Shown: positions 1 through 9,579 of the stretch, piece by piece
How the letters are laid out: each line of letters starts with the position of its first letter
Numbering within the stretch: the first letter of the stretch is position 1
NCBI GenBank assembly: GCA_052139595.1
Contig: JBKQWK010000052.1
Location: forward strand, 1 to 37,036
From: Thermoleophilia bacterium
GTDB lineage: Bacteria; Actinomycetota; Thermoleophilia; UBA2241
Direction: 5' to 3'
DNA length: 37,036 nucleotides
The notes under the pieces: model-generated
Database searches by the model: none
What the model was told of the DNA's origin: nothing
The model's input: the letters and a program-made list of their open reading frames with translations, nothing else
Translations under genes and position numbers: made by a program

Positions 1-366
1 CTCTCGGGCGGCCAGCAGCAGCGCCTCTCGCTGCTCATCGCGACGATCCACGACCCGCCTCTGGTGCTCCTCGATGAGCCGACTGCCGGTCTCGATCCCC
101 AGGCTCGCCGCCAGCTCTGGAGTCGCATTGAGCGCCTGCGCCGCAGCGGTCGCAGCATCCTGCTGACGACGCACTCGATGGAGGAAGCGCAGGCGGTCTG
201 CGACCGGGTGGCGATCATGGACCACGGCAAGATTTTGACGGTCGGTACGCCGGCTGGTCTGATTGAACGACATAAGGACGAGCCGCGCGTGCGCAGCGTG
301 GCCCATGGCGAGGTGACCTTGGACGACGTCTTCATCGGCCTTACGGGGGAGGACCTGCGTGACTGA
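1..366 (+). CDS. ABC transporter ATP-binding protein (5'-truncated by window edge)
   Basis: Frame 1 is open from base 1: LSGGQQQR signature, Walker B LLDEPTAGLD, H-loop TTHSMEEA. Overlaps the start of the downstream permease. Confidence 0.93.
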   Translation, partial: LSGGQQQRLSLLIATIHDPPLVLLDEPTAGLDPQARRQLWSRIERLRRSGRSILLTTHSMEEAQAVCDRVAIMDHGKILTVGTPAGLIERHKDEPRVRSVAHGEVTLDDVFIGLTGEDLRD

Positions 367-1147
367 GGCAAGCGATCAACGCATCCGCTCTGCCCTGCCG
401 CTGCGACGCAGCCTGGCCTCGCTGCTGCAAGCCGACCTGGTTATCCAGCTGCGCAATCGGCGGGCGCTCTATCTGAGCCTTGTCCTGCCGCTGCTTTTGC
501 TCTTTCTTCTCTCTGCCGGCAGGGGAAATCAGCGCCGCGCACAGCTCGGTGACCTGGACTTGCGAGTGGCCATGTGTCTGACCATGGGCATGGCCGCGAT
601 CGCGATCATTGGCTACACGCTGAGCATCGCCCGCGATCGTGAGACTGGTGTCTTTCAGCGCCTGCGTGTCACCCCGACGCCGTCGTGGGCAATCATGATC
701 AGCCGCCTGGCCGTCCAGGTCGCCGCCATCCTGACGATGGCGGTCGTGGTCCTGATCGCGGCGGCGATCTTCAAGCATCTGTCCTTGACGCCGGCAGCCT
801 ACCTCTTGACGCTGCTGGTGGTCGGCGTTGGTGCCGCCGAGTTTTTGAGCATTGGTCAGGCGCTGGTCGGTCTCGTGAAATCGGCCGACACGATCAACGC
901 CGTCAGCCGCCTCGTCTTTCCCCTGGTTGCGGTGTTAGGGATATTCGGGCACACGGTCATTCTTGGCACGACGGTCGAGCTGATTGCCCGCTGGTCGCCC
1001 GGCGGGACCGTTGTCACCACCTTGTCGGGGGCCATGCAGCCGGCCACCTGGAGTCAAGCTACCTGGTGGGCACTACTGGTCAGCGTGGCCTACTGCATCG
1101 TCTTCGCTAGCCTCGGCATCCGCTGGTTTCAGTGGAGCAGTCGCTGA
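359..1147 (+). CDS. ABC-2 type exporter permease
   Basis: About 6 hydrophobic segments; RETGVFQRLRVTP motif typical of ABC-2 permeases; overlaps the ATPase stop. Confidence 0.9.
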   Translation: MTEASDQRIRSALPLRRSLASLLQADLVIQLRNRRALYLSLVLPLLLLFLLSAGRGNQRRAQLGDLDLRVAMCLTMGMAAIAIIGYTLSIARDRETGVFQRLRVTPTPSWAIMISRLAVQVAAILTMAVVVLIAAAIFKHLSLTPAAYLLTLLVVGVGAAEFLSIGQALVGLVKSADTINAVSRLVFPLVAVLGIFGHTVILGTTVELIARWSPGGTVVTTLSGAMQPATWSQATWWALLVSVAYCIVFASLGIRWFQWSSR

Positions 1148-1228
1148 CGCAGGGCAGACGTCTGCGGCTGTGGCCGCTTTCATTTGTGCCTCGAGGCAGA
1201 GGCAAACCGAGGATCTGCCCGCCGATGG

Positions 1229-1380
1229 CTACAGCTCGCTAAACACCAGTCCCGCGATCAGTGCCGCCGCCTCTTCCGGCAGCGCCGGGATGGCGTGCGA
1301 GAAGGTATCGAGGGTGATCGAGACGGTACAATGACCGGGGTGCTCGCCGACACTCCTGGCGACAATGCAGCGTGCGAGGG
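1229..1380 (-). pseudogene. Tyrosine recombinase/integrase C-terminal remnant 1
   Basis: Translates ...SVGEHPGHCTVSITLDTFSHAIPALPEEAAALIAGLVFSEL*, a degenerate integrase box II (VSERLGH...TLDTYSH). The catalytic Tyr position is Phe; no upstream body. Confidence 0.8.
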
Positions 1381-1387
1381 AGGGTAG

Positions 1388-1594
1388 ATGCACGGTGGAC
1401 CGTTTATGTTCCTTCGCCAGTAGTTGGTTTACGCCAAGCCCTGGCAGCAAGCGATAATCGGTGCCCTGCTTTTCGTCATCGGCGTCACCCTCATCGCGCT
1501 TGGCAAGTTCGTCGGTGTCGCTTCCGCCGCAGTTGGTGTCTTGGCCGGGCTGATGGTGTTCGGCCGCTGGCGGGCTCGCCGCGCGGAGAGATGA
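1388..1594 (+). pseudogene. Small two-TM membrane protein with in-frame TAG (1421-1423)
   Basis: GAGGGAGG RBS, then MHGGPFMFLRQ*LVYAKPWQQAIIGALLFVIGVTLIALGKFVGVASAAVGVLAGLMVFGRWRARRAER*. Absent from the ORF track. Confidence 0.55.
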
Positions 1595-1749
1595 CCATGA
1601 CGTCAGAAATGGCGATTGCCACGACCCTTGCGGGAGAGACGGAGCAGGTTGTGCGAAGTGGTGTCAGCGAGGCAGCGCAGGGGGGCCAGCGAGTTATGTG
1701 AGCTCTGTGAACTTCATCGGCGCCGGTTCGCCCGGGACAGCCCGCACGG

Positions 1750-2553
1750 CTACACGCGCACGTCGCGTCGCTCGAACAGTGCGGCTGCGACGAGGAGCAG
1801 CAGCGCCGACGTGCCGATGAGAGCCAGGAGGTCCGGCGCGCCGAGACCTTGCCCAAGAGGCGACGGGCTGCCGGAGTAGTGGAACAACGACAGATAGCGG
1901 AACGGCCGGGCCGCACTGTTAATCTGGGCGAGCGTATTGAGCAGGTACATGGCCCCGCCTACTCCGGTGCCCCAGGCAATGGCGCCTTGCCGGCGCCCGG
2001 TGGCGCTGCCTACGGCGAAGGTGATGCTGCCGACCGCCAGGCCAAGCAGTGTCAGGCGTAGGAGCGCCTGCCCCAGCTTACCGGCGCCCAGGGGGGTGCC
2101 GACGATCCATGTAGACACCGCCAGGGCGAGCCAGAAGGCAAGGCCAAGGATCGTCACGGCGACCAGCATCGCGGCGTACTTCTGGAGCAACAGCCGACGA
2201 CGACTGATCGGCTGGGCCAACAACAAGCTCAGCGTACCATCCTCCTCCTCGCCTGCCAGCGCCCGGGCGGCTGTCGCCACGGCAAAGGCGATCAACACCA
2301 CCGGTGCCAGCCACGAGAGCAACTCGACGTTGACGTAGCCCACCGGCGAGGAGAAGTCGCCGTTGGACCCGAGAAACGCGACGCGGACTGCCGCCGGTAA
2401 GCTGTGGATGTAGCCCTGTAACTGGCCAGCGCTGTGCCTGATGCTGGGGTAGATCGACATCAGTAAGGCTATGTAGAATGCAGCGCCGATCACCCATCTG
2501 ATCAGGGGGCGCTGCTGATCGCGCAGGCTCTTGAAGAACACGTTACGCAACAT
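1750..2553 (-). CDS. ABC-2 type exporter permease
   Basis: AGEEEDGTLSLLLAQPISRRRLLLQK motif, multiple TM segments, overlaps the ATPase stop. Confidence 0.9.
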   Translation of the reverse strand: MLRNVFFKSLRDQQRPLIRWVIGAAFYIALLMSIYPSIRHSAGQLQGYIHSLPAAVRVAFLGSNGDFSSPVGYVNVELLSWLAPVVLIAFAVATAARALAGEEEDGTLSLLLAQPISRRRLLLQKYAAMLVAVTILGLAFWLALAVSTWIVGTPLGAGKLGQALLRLTLLGLAVGSITFAVGSATGRRQGAIAWGTGVGGAMYLLNTLAQINSAARPFRYLSLFHYSGSPSPLGQGLGAPDLLALIGTSALLLLVAAALFERRDVRV

Positions 2554-3454
2554 GATCGCTCCCCGTGGCGTAGAAGGTCATGAAGACGTCCTCCAGATCG
2601 GGCTCGCGGCTCGTGAGGCTGAGAACCTCGAACTCGGCCAACTTCTTGATGGCTGGGTCGAGTGAGCCGGTGACCGTGAACCGCAGCGAAGCAGCGCCCT
2701 TGCCGTTGACTGAAACGTCGCTGACGCCGGGGGTGTCTTGGAAAATGGACGCTGGTACTGGCCGGGCGAACACTACGTCGACCTCACGCACCGCGCGTTT
2801 CATGAGGTCGGCCACGTTCTCGAGAGCCACCACTTCGCCCTCGCGCACGAACGCCGCTCTGTCGCACACGCGCTGCACCTCGGGCAGTACGTGGGACGAG
2901 AGAAAAATGGTCTGGCCCGCGTCGCGAGCCTCGTCAACCAAGTGGTAGAACTCGTGTTGCACAAGCGGATCGAGGCCTGACGTCGGCTCATCGAGGATGA
3001 CCAGCTCAGGTCGGTGCATGAAGGCCTGGATGAGGCCTATTTTGCGCTTGTTGCCGCTGGAAAGGTCGACCACCTTGCGGCTCAGATCGCACGCGAGCCG
3101 TTCGCTGAGCTGATGCACATAGCCCCAGTCTACGCCGCCGCGCAGGTTGGCGAGGTAGCGCAGGGTCTCATCCCCGGTGAGCCTGGGGTACAGGCTGAGC
3201 TCACCGGGCAGGTAGCCGCTGCGCGCCCGGATCTCGAGACTTTCGCGACGGCAGTCGCGGCTAAAGACGCGGGTGCGTCCCGCGGTTGGCCGGATGAGGT
3301 CGAGCAGCAAGCGGAGGGTGGTTGTCTTGCCGGCGCCGTTGGGGCCGAGAAAGCCGAAGACCTCGCCAGTCTCGACCTCGAGATCGAGATTGACGACCCC
3401 ACGCTGTGAGCCGTAGGATTTCGTCAGCTTGTCAGTTTCGATGATCGTGGTCAT
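2543..3454 (-). CDS. ABC transporter ATP-binding protein
   Basis: GPNGAGKTT Walker A, LSSGNKRK signature, ILDEPTSGLD. Start moved to ATG 3454 (MTTIIETDKL) behind a GGAAGGA RBS. Confidence 0.93.
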   Translation of the reverse strand: MTTIIETDKLTKSYGSQRGVVNLDLEVETGEVFGFLGPNGAGKTTTLRLLLDLIRPTAGRTRVFSRDCRRESLEIRARSGYLPGELSLYPRLTGDETLRYLANLRGGVDWGYVHQLSERLACDLSRKVVDLSSGNKRKIGLIQAFMHRPELVILDEPTSGLDPLVQHEFYHLVDEARDAGQTIFLSSHVLPEVQRVCDRAAFVREGEVVALENVADLMKRAVREVDVVFARPVPASIFQDTPGVSDVSVNGKGAASLRFTVTGSLDPAIKKLAEFEVLSLTSREPDLEDVFMTFYATGSDHVA

Positions 3455-3477
3455 GGTTGTCCTTCCGTATCCCGTCA

Positions 3478-4161
3478 TCAGCCATACCACTGGCGCAGGA
3501 CAGTCGCGTCGATGGTCGTCAGCGAGCCGCTTGGCAGGCCGAGGATCTGTTCGAAGGCCGCGAAGTAGGTTGTTAGCGTTCGCTCGACGTCGGCGAATGA
3601 GACGCGGTCGTCCTGTCGAGCCACGAACAGTTCGGTGGCCGTGTCGTTCGCGCCCTGAATCAGCGACACGAGGACGCGCCCGGTGTCGTCGGGGGAGCTC
3701 GACGTGAAAACGCGCTCGTCAACACCCTGGCGCACGATCGTCGCCAGCAGCGGCGCGAGGTGAATCACGAGGCCACGGCGGAGCTTCTCGCGTACAATTG
3801 CGTTCTCGTCCGCGAGCCAGACCCGTAGCAGTGCCGTCATGAGGTCCGTCCGTCTGCTCTTCCCGCTGGCAATGCCGGTAAAGACGGCCTGAAGCTTCTG
3901 CACGGCGGGCAGGGCTGGGTCTGCGACCAGAGGCGCTAGCGTCGCGATGACGGTTTCAACCATGCGCTCGATTACCGCATCGAGAAGCGCCGCCTTGGAA
4001 TCGAAGTAGTGATAGAAGGCACCTCTCGACGAACCAAGCTCGTCGAGGACGTTCTGGATGCTCATCTCCTCGTAGCCCATCGATTGGATGAGGTGCTCGG
4101 CCACATCGATAAAGGCCTCTCGTCGAAGCGCATGAGACGCGGCGTTGATCGTGCGCGCCAT
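3478..4161 (-). CDS. TetR/AcrR family transcriptional regulator
   Basis: N-terminal HTH GYEEMSIQNVLDELGSSRGAFYHYFDSK. ATG 4161 behind GGAGGG; the longer listed ORF runs through the promoter. Confidence 0.93.
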   Translation of the reverse strand: MARTINAASHALRREAFIDVAEHLIQSMGYEEMSIQNVLDELGSSRGAFYHYFDSKAALLDAVIERMVETVIATLAPLVADPALPAVQKLQAVFTGIASGKSRRTDLMTALLRVWLADENAIVREKLRRGLVIHLAPLLATIVRQGVDERVFTSSSPDDTGRVLVSLIQGANDTATELFVARQDDRVSFADVERTLTTYFAAFEQILGLPSGSLTTIDATVLRQWYG

Positions 4162-4179
4162 TTGGGACCCTCCGCATAG

Positions 4180-4227
4180 TAGACCGACAGTCGGTCTAAT
4201 AATACATTCGTGCTCGACAGAGGTCAA
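4180..4227 (-). promoter_or_regulatory. sigma70-type promoter with TetR operator palindrome
   Basis: Minus strand TTGACC(4227-4222)-17 nt-TATTAT(4204-4199), directly followed by the perfect inverted repeat TAGACCGAC-a-GTCGGTCTA (4180-4198) over the expected start site. Confidence 0.82.
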
Positions 4228-4570
4228 CAGAGGGTAAAGGAGGTTTCCGTGCGGCAGCTGCAAATACGCCCACCTTGCTGCAGCAAAGACGCGCCTGCGA
4301 ACATGAGCTTGCGGCAGGTGACTCGCAACCACGGAGAACGAAAGATGCACCGGCGTCGCTGGTACGTCGGGCTAACGGCCGCTAAACACGATTCCGGCGC
4401 TCAGCGCTGCCGCCTGTGCCGGCAGGGCCGGGATGGCAGGCGAGGAGCGTCGCGGAGATGACAGCCGGCGACCACAGAGGCACAATGAGCGTGGGCGCAG
4501 CGACAAAGGGAGCTCGCTTCTATCTAGCGATAGCCGACAAGGGCCGGCTCAGCGGGCGACGGGAGGCTTC

Positions 4571-4771
4571 ATGAGAAGACTATCGCGGCTTAACAATTTG
4601 CGCCTGGGTATCATCCTCACGGTGACCGGGATCATCGCCCTCGCCCATGTGCTGCTCTCCACGAGCCACCATCTGGGCACGCGGCCCACCTTCATCATCG
4701 CTCTCGTACTGGTCGTCTGTGGCTTGCCGTTCCTGATCGCCGCCCTGCGCTCCCGCGGCGAGGGGAGGTGA
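4571..4771 (+). CDS. Small two-TM membrane protein (66 aa)
   Basis: GGAGG RBS before ATG 4571; two hydrophobic helices. The 3' 78 bp recur at 28801-28878 with 4 of 7 differences synonymous. Confidence 0.7.
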   Translation: MRRLSRLNNLRLGIILTVTGIIALAHVLLSTSHHLGTRPTFIIALVLVVCGLPFLIAALRSRGEGR

Positions 4772-4976
4772 AGTCGTGTTGCCCCGCTTGCACGCATGGT
4801 GGCCTCGTCCGAGAGTCAGAACCTGAGCACTACTGCCAAGCAGGGTTGGATCACACAGGCTCGTGAGATGCACACGGCGTGCCAACCGCAAGAGTGCGAT
4901 TCTCGTGGCCGTCGGCATGGCCTTGGCGGGTGTGTCCAGAGATGGTGCCGCTGCCGAGTGGGCGAATGCGAACGGT

Positions 4977-5060
4977 CTACGCGGTAAACACCAGCCCGGC
5001 GATCAGTGCCGCCGCCTCTTCCTGCAACGCCGGGATGGCATGCGAGTAAGTGTCGATGGT
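4977..5060 (-). pseudogene. Tyrosine recombinase/integrase C-terminal remnant 2
   Basis: TIDTYSHAIPALQEEAAALIAGLVFTA*, with the Tyr retained; clearly homologous at nucleotide level to about 1229-1315. Confidence 0.8.
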
Positions 5061-5483
5061 CTAGGCGTCCTCATAGGCGCGCCGCAGCTCGCCGATATCG
5101 AGCTTCTTCATGGCGAGCATGGCCGTCGTGGCGCGCCGGGCGGCGGCATGGCTTGCGCCGAGCAGCTCCGGCAGTCCTTGGGCACGACTTGCCAGGAGAG
5201 GCCGAAACGGTCGGTGAGCCAGCCGCACTGCCCTCCCTCGCCGTCCTCGCTGAGCTTCCGCCAGAGCTCATCGACCTCCGCTTGTGTCGCACAGGCGACG
5301 ATGAGCGAGACGGCTGGGTAAAAGGTAAACTGCGGACCGCCGTTTAGCGGCACGAACTCCTCACCATTGAGGATGAACTGGACGGTCATGACCGATCCGC
5401 GAGTCCGCAAAGACGGAGACGTAGAACTGGGCGGCCTCTTCGGCTCGACCGTCGAACCAGAGGCACGGGGTGGGCTTCTGCAT
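5061..5483 (-). pseudogene. PhnB-like VOC (3-demethylubiquinone-9 3-methyltransferase family) pseudogene
   Basis: [25 protein letters not shown] / SVMTVQF..LNGGPQF..QCGWLTDRFGLSWQVVP / ..AMLAMKKLDIGELRRAYEDA* in three frames; internal deletion plus frameshift. Confidence 0.85.
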
Positions 5484-5607
5484 TTCGCTCTCCTTGCGAG
5501 ATGACGCCTTCCCGCCGCGATGCGAAAAGAGGCGTTGCAGCGGTGGGCAGGCGGGTAAGGTGCCGTGCACGCATGCCTTCCAATCGCCACGAGCAAAGGA
5601 GCAGACC

Positions 5608-6009
5608 ATGGAGAACATGATCGTCTGGGCGGACATCCCAGTCACCGACCTGGATCGCGCCATGAAGTTCTACAGCGCCGTCCTGCAGCACCCGTTCATC
5701 GCCATCGACGGCATGCCGGGGATCGCTCTGCCGGGGCCTGAGGGGTCCGGCCCCTCCGCCGCCCAACAGGGGCCCATGCCGGTCCTTTTCGACCTGGCCC
5801 TGGGCGAGAACCAGAAGCCCAGCACGCAGGGCTGCACCATCTACGTGAACAGCTACGGCGATCCCGAGGGCATGCTCCAGCGGGTCGTGGAGGCGGGCGG
5901 ACAAATCCTGGTGGCGGTCACCGACAGGGGTGAGACGGTCGGCAGCATCGGCTTCTTCAAGGACACGGAGGGCAACCGCATCGGTGTGCACAAGCCACCG
6001 CAGATGTGA
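5608..6009 (+). CDS. VOC/glyoxalase family protein
   Basis: [19 protein letters not shown] and [12 protein letters not shown] motifs; AAGGAG RBS before ATG 5608. Confidence 0.9.
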   Translation: MENMIVWADIPVTDLDRAMKFYSAVLQHPFIAIDGMPGIALPGPEGSGPSAAQQGPMPVLFDLALGENQKPSTQGCTIYVNSYGDPEGMLQRVVEAGGQILVAVTDRGETVGSIGFFKDTEGNRIGVHKPPQM

Positions 6010-6020
6010 ACCGCCGGAGC

Positions 6021-6052
6021 CGGGCAGGCCACTGTGCACCGCGGTCTGCCCG
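6021..6052. terminator. GC-rich hairpin between convergent genes
   Basis: CGGGCAGGCC...GGTCTGCCCG 10-bp stem with one G-U pair; no U-tract. Confidence 0.5.
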
Positions 6053-6082
6053 CCGTCAAGGCCTGGGTTATCCCGATCACGA

Positions 6083-6625
6083 CTATTCTGCGGGCTCGTA
6101 CTCGAGGATGACGATCCCCGAGTCAAAGGCCTCGTGGTGCGTGAGCGTCAAGACCGTTTGCTCGAGGCCGTCCGAGAACAGGCGTGCGCCTTTGCCGAGG
6201 ACGATCGGGTGAACCATGAAGCGGTACAGGTCGATCAGGTGCGCCTGCCTGAGGCCGTTCAGCAGCTGGGCGCTGCCGGAGAGCAGGAGGTCCCGGCCGG
6301 GTTTGGCCTTGAGCTGGCCGATCTCGGTCTCCACGTCTCCTCTGATAAGGATGGAACCGGCCCACGCCGCTTCCTCGAGGGTTGAGGAGACGACGTACTT
6401 GGGCATGCCGTTCATGCGCTCGCCGAACTCGCCGGTGCCCTCCATCGTCGGCCAGGCGGCGGCGAAGCCCTCGTAGGTCCGGCGCCCGAGCAGCAGCGCG
6501 TCGCTCGCCTGCAGTTCGCGCCACTTGAACTGCGCGGCCTGCTCGCTGAAGAAGGGGAACGACCACTGGCCCGGCTCTTCGAACACGCCGTCGAGGGATA
6601 CGCACTCGGTTGCCACGAGTCTCAT
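6083..6625 (-). CDS. Dihydrofolate reductase-like / RibD C-terminal domain protein
   Basis: VSLDGV, ALLLGRRTYE, KYVVSSTL, LIDLYRFMVHPIVLGKGARLF motifs. Confidence 0.92.
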   Translation of the reverse strand: MRLVATECVSLDGVFEEPGQWSFPFFSEQAAQFKWRELQASDALLLGRRTYEGFAAAWPTMEGTGEFGERMNGMPKYVVSSTLEEAAWAGSILIRGDVETEIGQLKAKPGRDLLLSGSAQLLNGLRQAHLIDLYRFMVHPIVLGKGARLFSDGLEQTVLTLTHHEAFDSGIVILEYEPAE

Positions 6626-6649
6626 GTCCGGTTCCTTCGTCGCATTGGG

Positions 6650-7063
6650 TCAACCTCCGTAGCCGGCTGGCCACTGCTGCAGGCCCCAGAGGTTGCCGTC
6701 GGGGTCGCTGAACCAGGCGTACTTGACTCCCCCGATGTCGCTGACCTCGCCGACCTCGACGCCGCGCGCGACGAGGGCGCCGCGCGCCTCCTCGATGTCC
6801 TGCACCACGAGGTGCAGTCCCTTGACCGAGCCTGGCTGCATCTCGGTGATGGGGCCCATGCCGGTCCCGAAGACGATCGCGCAGGCGGAGCCGGGGGGCG
6901 TGAACTGGACGACGCGCATCGCGTCCGTCACCTGCGTGTCGTGCAGGTTGCCGAACCCCGCTTGCTCGTAGAAGGCCTTGGCGCGCTCGACGTCCGAGAC
7001 GGGCACCGGCACGAGTTCGAGCCTCATCTCCGGCACGGCCGGCAGATCCGCCTGATCGGTCAT
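6650..7063 (-). CDS. VOC/glyoxalase family protein
   Basis: LELVPVPVSDVERAKAFY, QFTPPGSACAI, FSDPDGNLWGLQQ; AAGGAGG RBS before ATG 7063. Confidence 0.92.
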   Translation of the reverse strand: MTDQADLPAVPEMRLELVPVPVSDVERAKAFYEQAGFGNLHDTQVTDAMRVVQFTPPGSACAIVFGTGMGPITEMQPGSVKGLHLVVQDIEEARGALVARGVEVGEVSDIGGVKYAWFSDPDGNLWGLQQWPAGYGG

Positions 7064-7424
7064 GACGTCGCCCTCCTTGCTTCGTGATCTGCGTGCCGAT
7101 CGCCGTGTGCCGGCTTGCTGTCGGTCGCCCACGGCAAATCCAAGATCGCTATACCCACTCTGCGCAGAGGTGCTACCACCGCCGGTGAGGTATCGGGGAG
7201 CCGTGGGGCAGGCGACTGGGTAGGCGGCAGCGCTGGCAGACTCAGGTCGAGCGTGTCGGAGCCTTCGAGAGGGAGCCAGACGCCTGAGTGGCTGAGCTCG
7301 GCGTCCCGATGCCATCCCCGGCTGAGGCAGGGTCGCGACTCGCTACTCTCACGCCAACGGTAGCGCGCGACCCATTTCGGGAAGACCTCCCCCGACACTG
7401 ACACGACTCACAGCAGAGGACGAC

Positions 7425-8012
7425 ATGAGCGAACAGGAAGTGTTCATTCTCGCCGACGAGGCGCTCCTGCGCGTGGTCGAGCAGATCGGCGACGAACAGT
7501 GGGAGAAGGTGCTGCTGCCCGAGCTGACGCCTCGCCAGCCCGGCACCACGCTATGGACGGCGGTCAACTACCACGCCTGCGACGACGCCTGGGTGCCCGA
7601 TGTGCTCGGCGGCAAGACGATTGCGGAGGTCGGCGAGGCCCACGACGGCGACCTGCTCGGCGCCGAGCCCAAGGCCGCCTTCGCCGGCATCGTGGCGAGC
7701 GCCGTCCGCGCCGTCCGCGCCTTTACGGAACTCGACAAGGTCGTGCACCTCTCTTACGGCGACTATCCGGCGCGCGAGTACCTCAAGCACATCAGCTACT
7801 TCCGCGGCGCGCGGGTCTATGACCTGGCGCGCTTCATCGGAGCGGACGCGACCCTGCCCGCTGACCTGGTGCAGGGCCTGTGGGAGGAGCTTGCCCCTCA
7901 AGCCGAGGAATGGCGCAAGCTCGGGGTCTTCGGCCCTGCCGTGGCGGTCGCAGAGGACGCGCCCCTGCAGGACCGTTTGCTGGCGCTGACGGGACGGGAC
8001 CCGCGGCGGTGA
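7425..8012 (+). CDS. TIGR03086/MDMPI-like (DinB superfamily) metal-binding protein
   Basis: VNYHACDDAWVPDVL, VHLSYGDYPA, YDLARFIG, C-terminal DAPLQDRLLALTGRDP. Confidence 0.82.
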   Translation: MSEQEVFILADEALLRVVEQIGDEQWEKVLLPELTPRQPGTTLWTAVNYHACDDAWVPDVLGGKTIAEVGEAHDGDLLGAEPKAAFAGIVASAVRAVRAFTELDKVVHLSYGDYPAREYLKHISYFRGARVYDLARFIGADATLPADLVQGLWEELAPQAEEWRKLGVFGPAVAVAEDAPLQDRLLALTGRDPRR

Positions 8013-8149
8013 GAGCGGGATATACGAAGGCGGTCTACGTGCACCGTTGACCGGTCACTCGCTGGGCTCAACGGCGCGGTTGGTTCGGCGTCCTCACTCT
8101 CAACCCGAGTCGTCGCGCTGAGCGACCGGCTGCGCCGGGCTCTGGTTGA

Positions 8150-8584
8150 TCAGGGGGTCGCGGCCCGGAAGATCAGCGATTCGTTGCCGTACTGGTCGAA
8201 CAGGGTGAGCCGGGCGTCGCTCCGCTTGAACGATGTGGCTGCGCCGAGGAGCGTGAGGTAGATCTGCTCAGCTCGCATGTCGGGCCCGATCCCGCCCATC
8301 GCCGTGACGGCCAAGTTGCCGACGGAAAACGCTGCGCCAGGACCCGCCGTGTATGGGCCGTCGTAGGCGTTGACCGCCGACTTGCCGGCGATCTTGCCGT
8401 TCGTAAACGTCGCGGTGATGGTGAAGCCCCCGGGGTGGAGGGATGTTACCTGCCATGCGCTGGGATGCCAGGCAGTGGCGTCGAACACATGGGTGTTGCT
8501 ACCCGAACCCGAGCAGCCGGCCGTGCCGAGCACTGCGACCAAGAGCATCAGGGCCACACTCGTCGCGGTCAGGCACGCTCTCAT
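8150..8584 (-). CDS. META (HslJ-like) domain lipoprotein
   Basis: Signal peptide with lipobox TAG-C; ITATF..GKIAGKSAVNAY, TAMGG..MRAEQIYL, LTL motifs; AAAGGAG RBS before ATG 8584. Confidence 0.8.
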   Translation of the reverse strand: MRACLTATSVALMLLVAVLGTAGCSGSGSNTHVFDATAWHPSAWQVTSLHPGGFTITATFTNGKIAGKSAVNAYDGPYTAGPGAAFSVGNLAVTAMGGIGPDMRAEQIYLTLLGAATSFKRSDARLTLFDQYGNESLIFRAATP

Positions 8585-9067
8585 GATGGTCTCCTTTCCA
8601 GCTCGACGGCGCTGTCTCAAGTGACGTCCCAGGCCGTCAGATGGTTCGCGCAGCGCAGCGTCTCCTGGACCGGGTGTCGCCAGCAGTGTTCCGGCCAGGG
8701 GCGCGAGCCGGACTTTACGCCCAGTTGACCAGGCGTTTGATTTCCTCTCGCCGGTTTGCAAGCTATCTGCTGAGGTCGATCGCCGTCGCCGATTGTCCAG
8801 CCGTTCACCAGATCGCCTCTCGTTGAACACTCAGGCGACCCGTCGACAACCCGTCGTCGCCAGCTCACCGTAGATCCGTACCCGGCTGCTCCCCCCAAAC
8901 CGGGTCTCGCTTGCAGCACCGCTCCTGGGCAATGAGACGGGGTGCCAGATACAGGGCCACCTTTCGAGCGAGAACGGGTACGCCGGAGAAGTCATCGCCT
9001 TGACACTAGCGTCGATGATTCAGAGAACAGCCAGTTGATGATTGTGCAGGAGACAAAAGGGATGGTC

Positions 9068-9263
9068 ATGAATCCTCGTGAAGAAATTGACAAGTTGATC
9101 GCGCAGAATCAGGACTGGCGCGGAGCCACGCTAGCGAAGCTCCGCAAGACGATCCTTGAGGTCGATCCTGAGATCGTCGAGGAGTGGAAATGGATGGGGT
9201 CACCCGTCTGGGAACTCCAGGGGATCATCTGTGGGCTACAATCAGGCAAAGAAGAAGAAGTAG
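9068..9263 (+). pseudogene. DUF1801 (YdhG-like) pseudogene with internal deletion
   Basis: EIDKLIA..DWRGATLAKLRKTILEVDPEIVEEWKWMGSPVW..GIIC, then jumps to an out-of-frame GYNQAKKKK* (TAG 9261-9263), which looks like the native C-terminus. Confidence 0.78.
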
Positions 9264-9579
9264 GTCTCTGGATTGGGAAGATCCGGGCGGACCTTCAGTG
9301 AGCGGCGGCTCACGCGTCCGTGCTCGTTATCTGAGCCTGCCTGCAATGCCCGGGCAGTCGTAGACAAGCCCATCTCGGTCTGAGAGGATGTCGGCGCGAA
9401 CGTCGTCATCAAGCAGCCACTGGCTCGCGACGGCGCCGGTAGGCAACTGACGGGCTCTTCCCGCCGGTTTCGCCACTCATGCATCGCAGCGAGGCTCCGA
9501 CGCTCGCGCTACACGATGAGGAGAAACCAGTCGCTGAACGTCAAGGTGTACGTCCGAGACCGCGGTTTCGTCGACAGGT

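Noticed and set aside
3478-4350. N-terminal extensions in the ORF track (TetR to 4350; also 5470, 7315, 8830, 14597, 15863, 17214, 31566, 32206)
   Set aside because: Downstream starts have an RBS, stop-start overlap or family-typical N-terminus; the TetR extension runs through its own promoter.
8041-8129. Overlapping stems (8041-8077; 8051-8060 with 8120-8129) as an RNA switch
   Set aside because: They lie between convergent gene ends and are adequately explained as terminator-like hairpins in GC-rich DNA.
8690-8762. Minus-strand GCAAACCGGCGAGAG...GGGCGTAAAG resembling a c-di-GMP-I riboswitch upstream of the META gene
   Set aside because: The P2 stem is interrupted by about 20 nt and no P3 or receptor is recognisable. 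An Infernal search would be needed; not supportable by eye.
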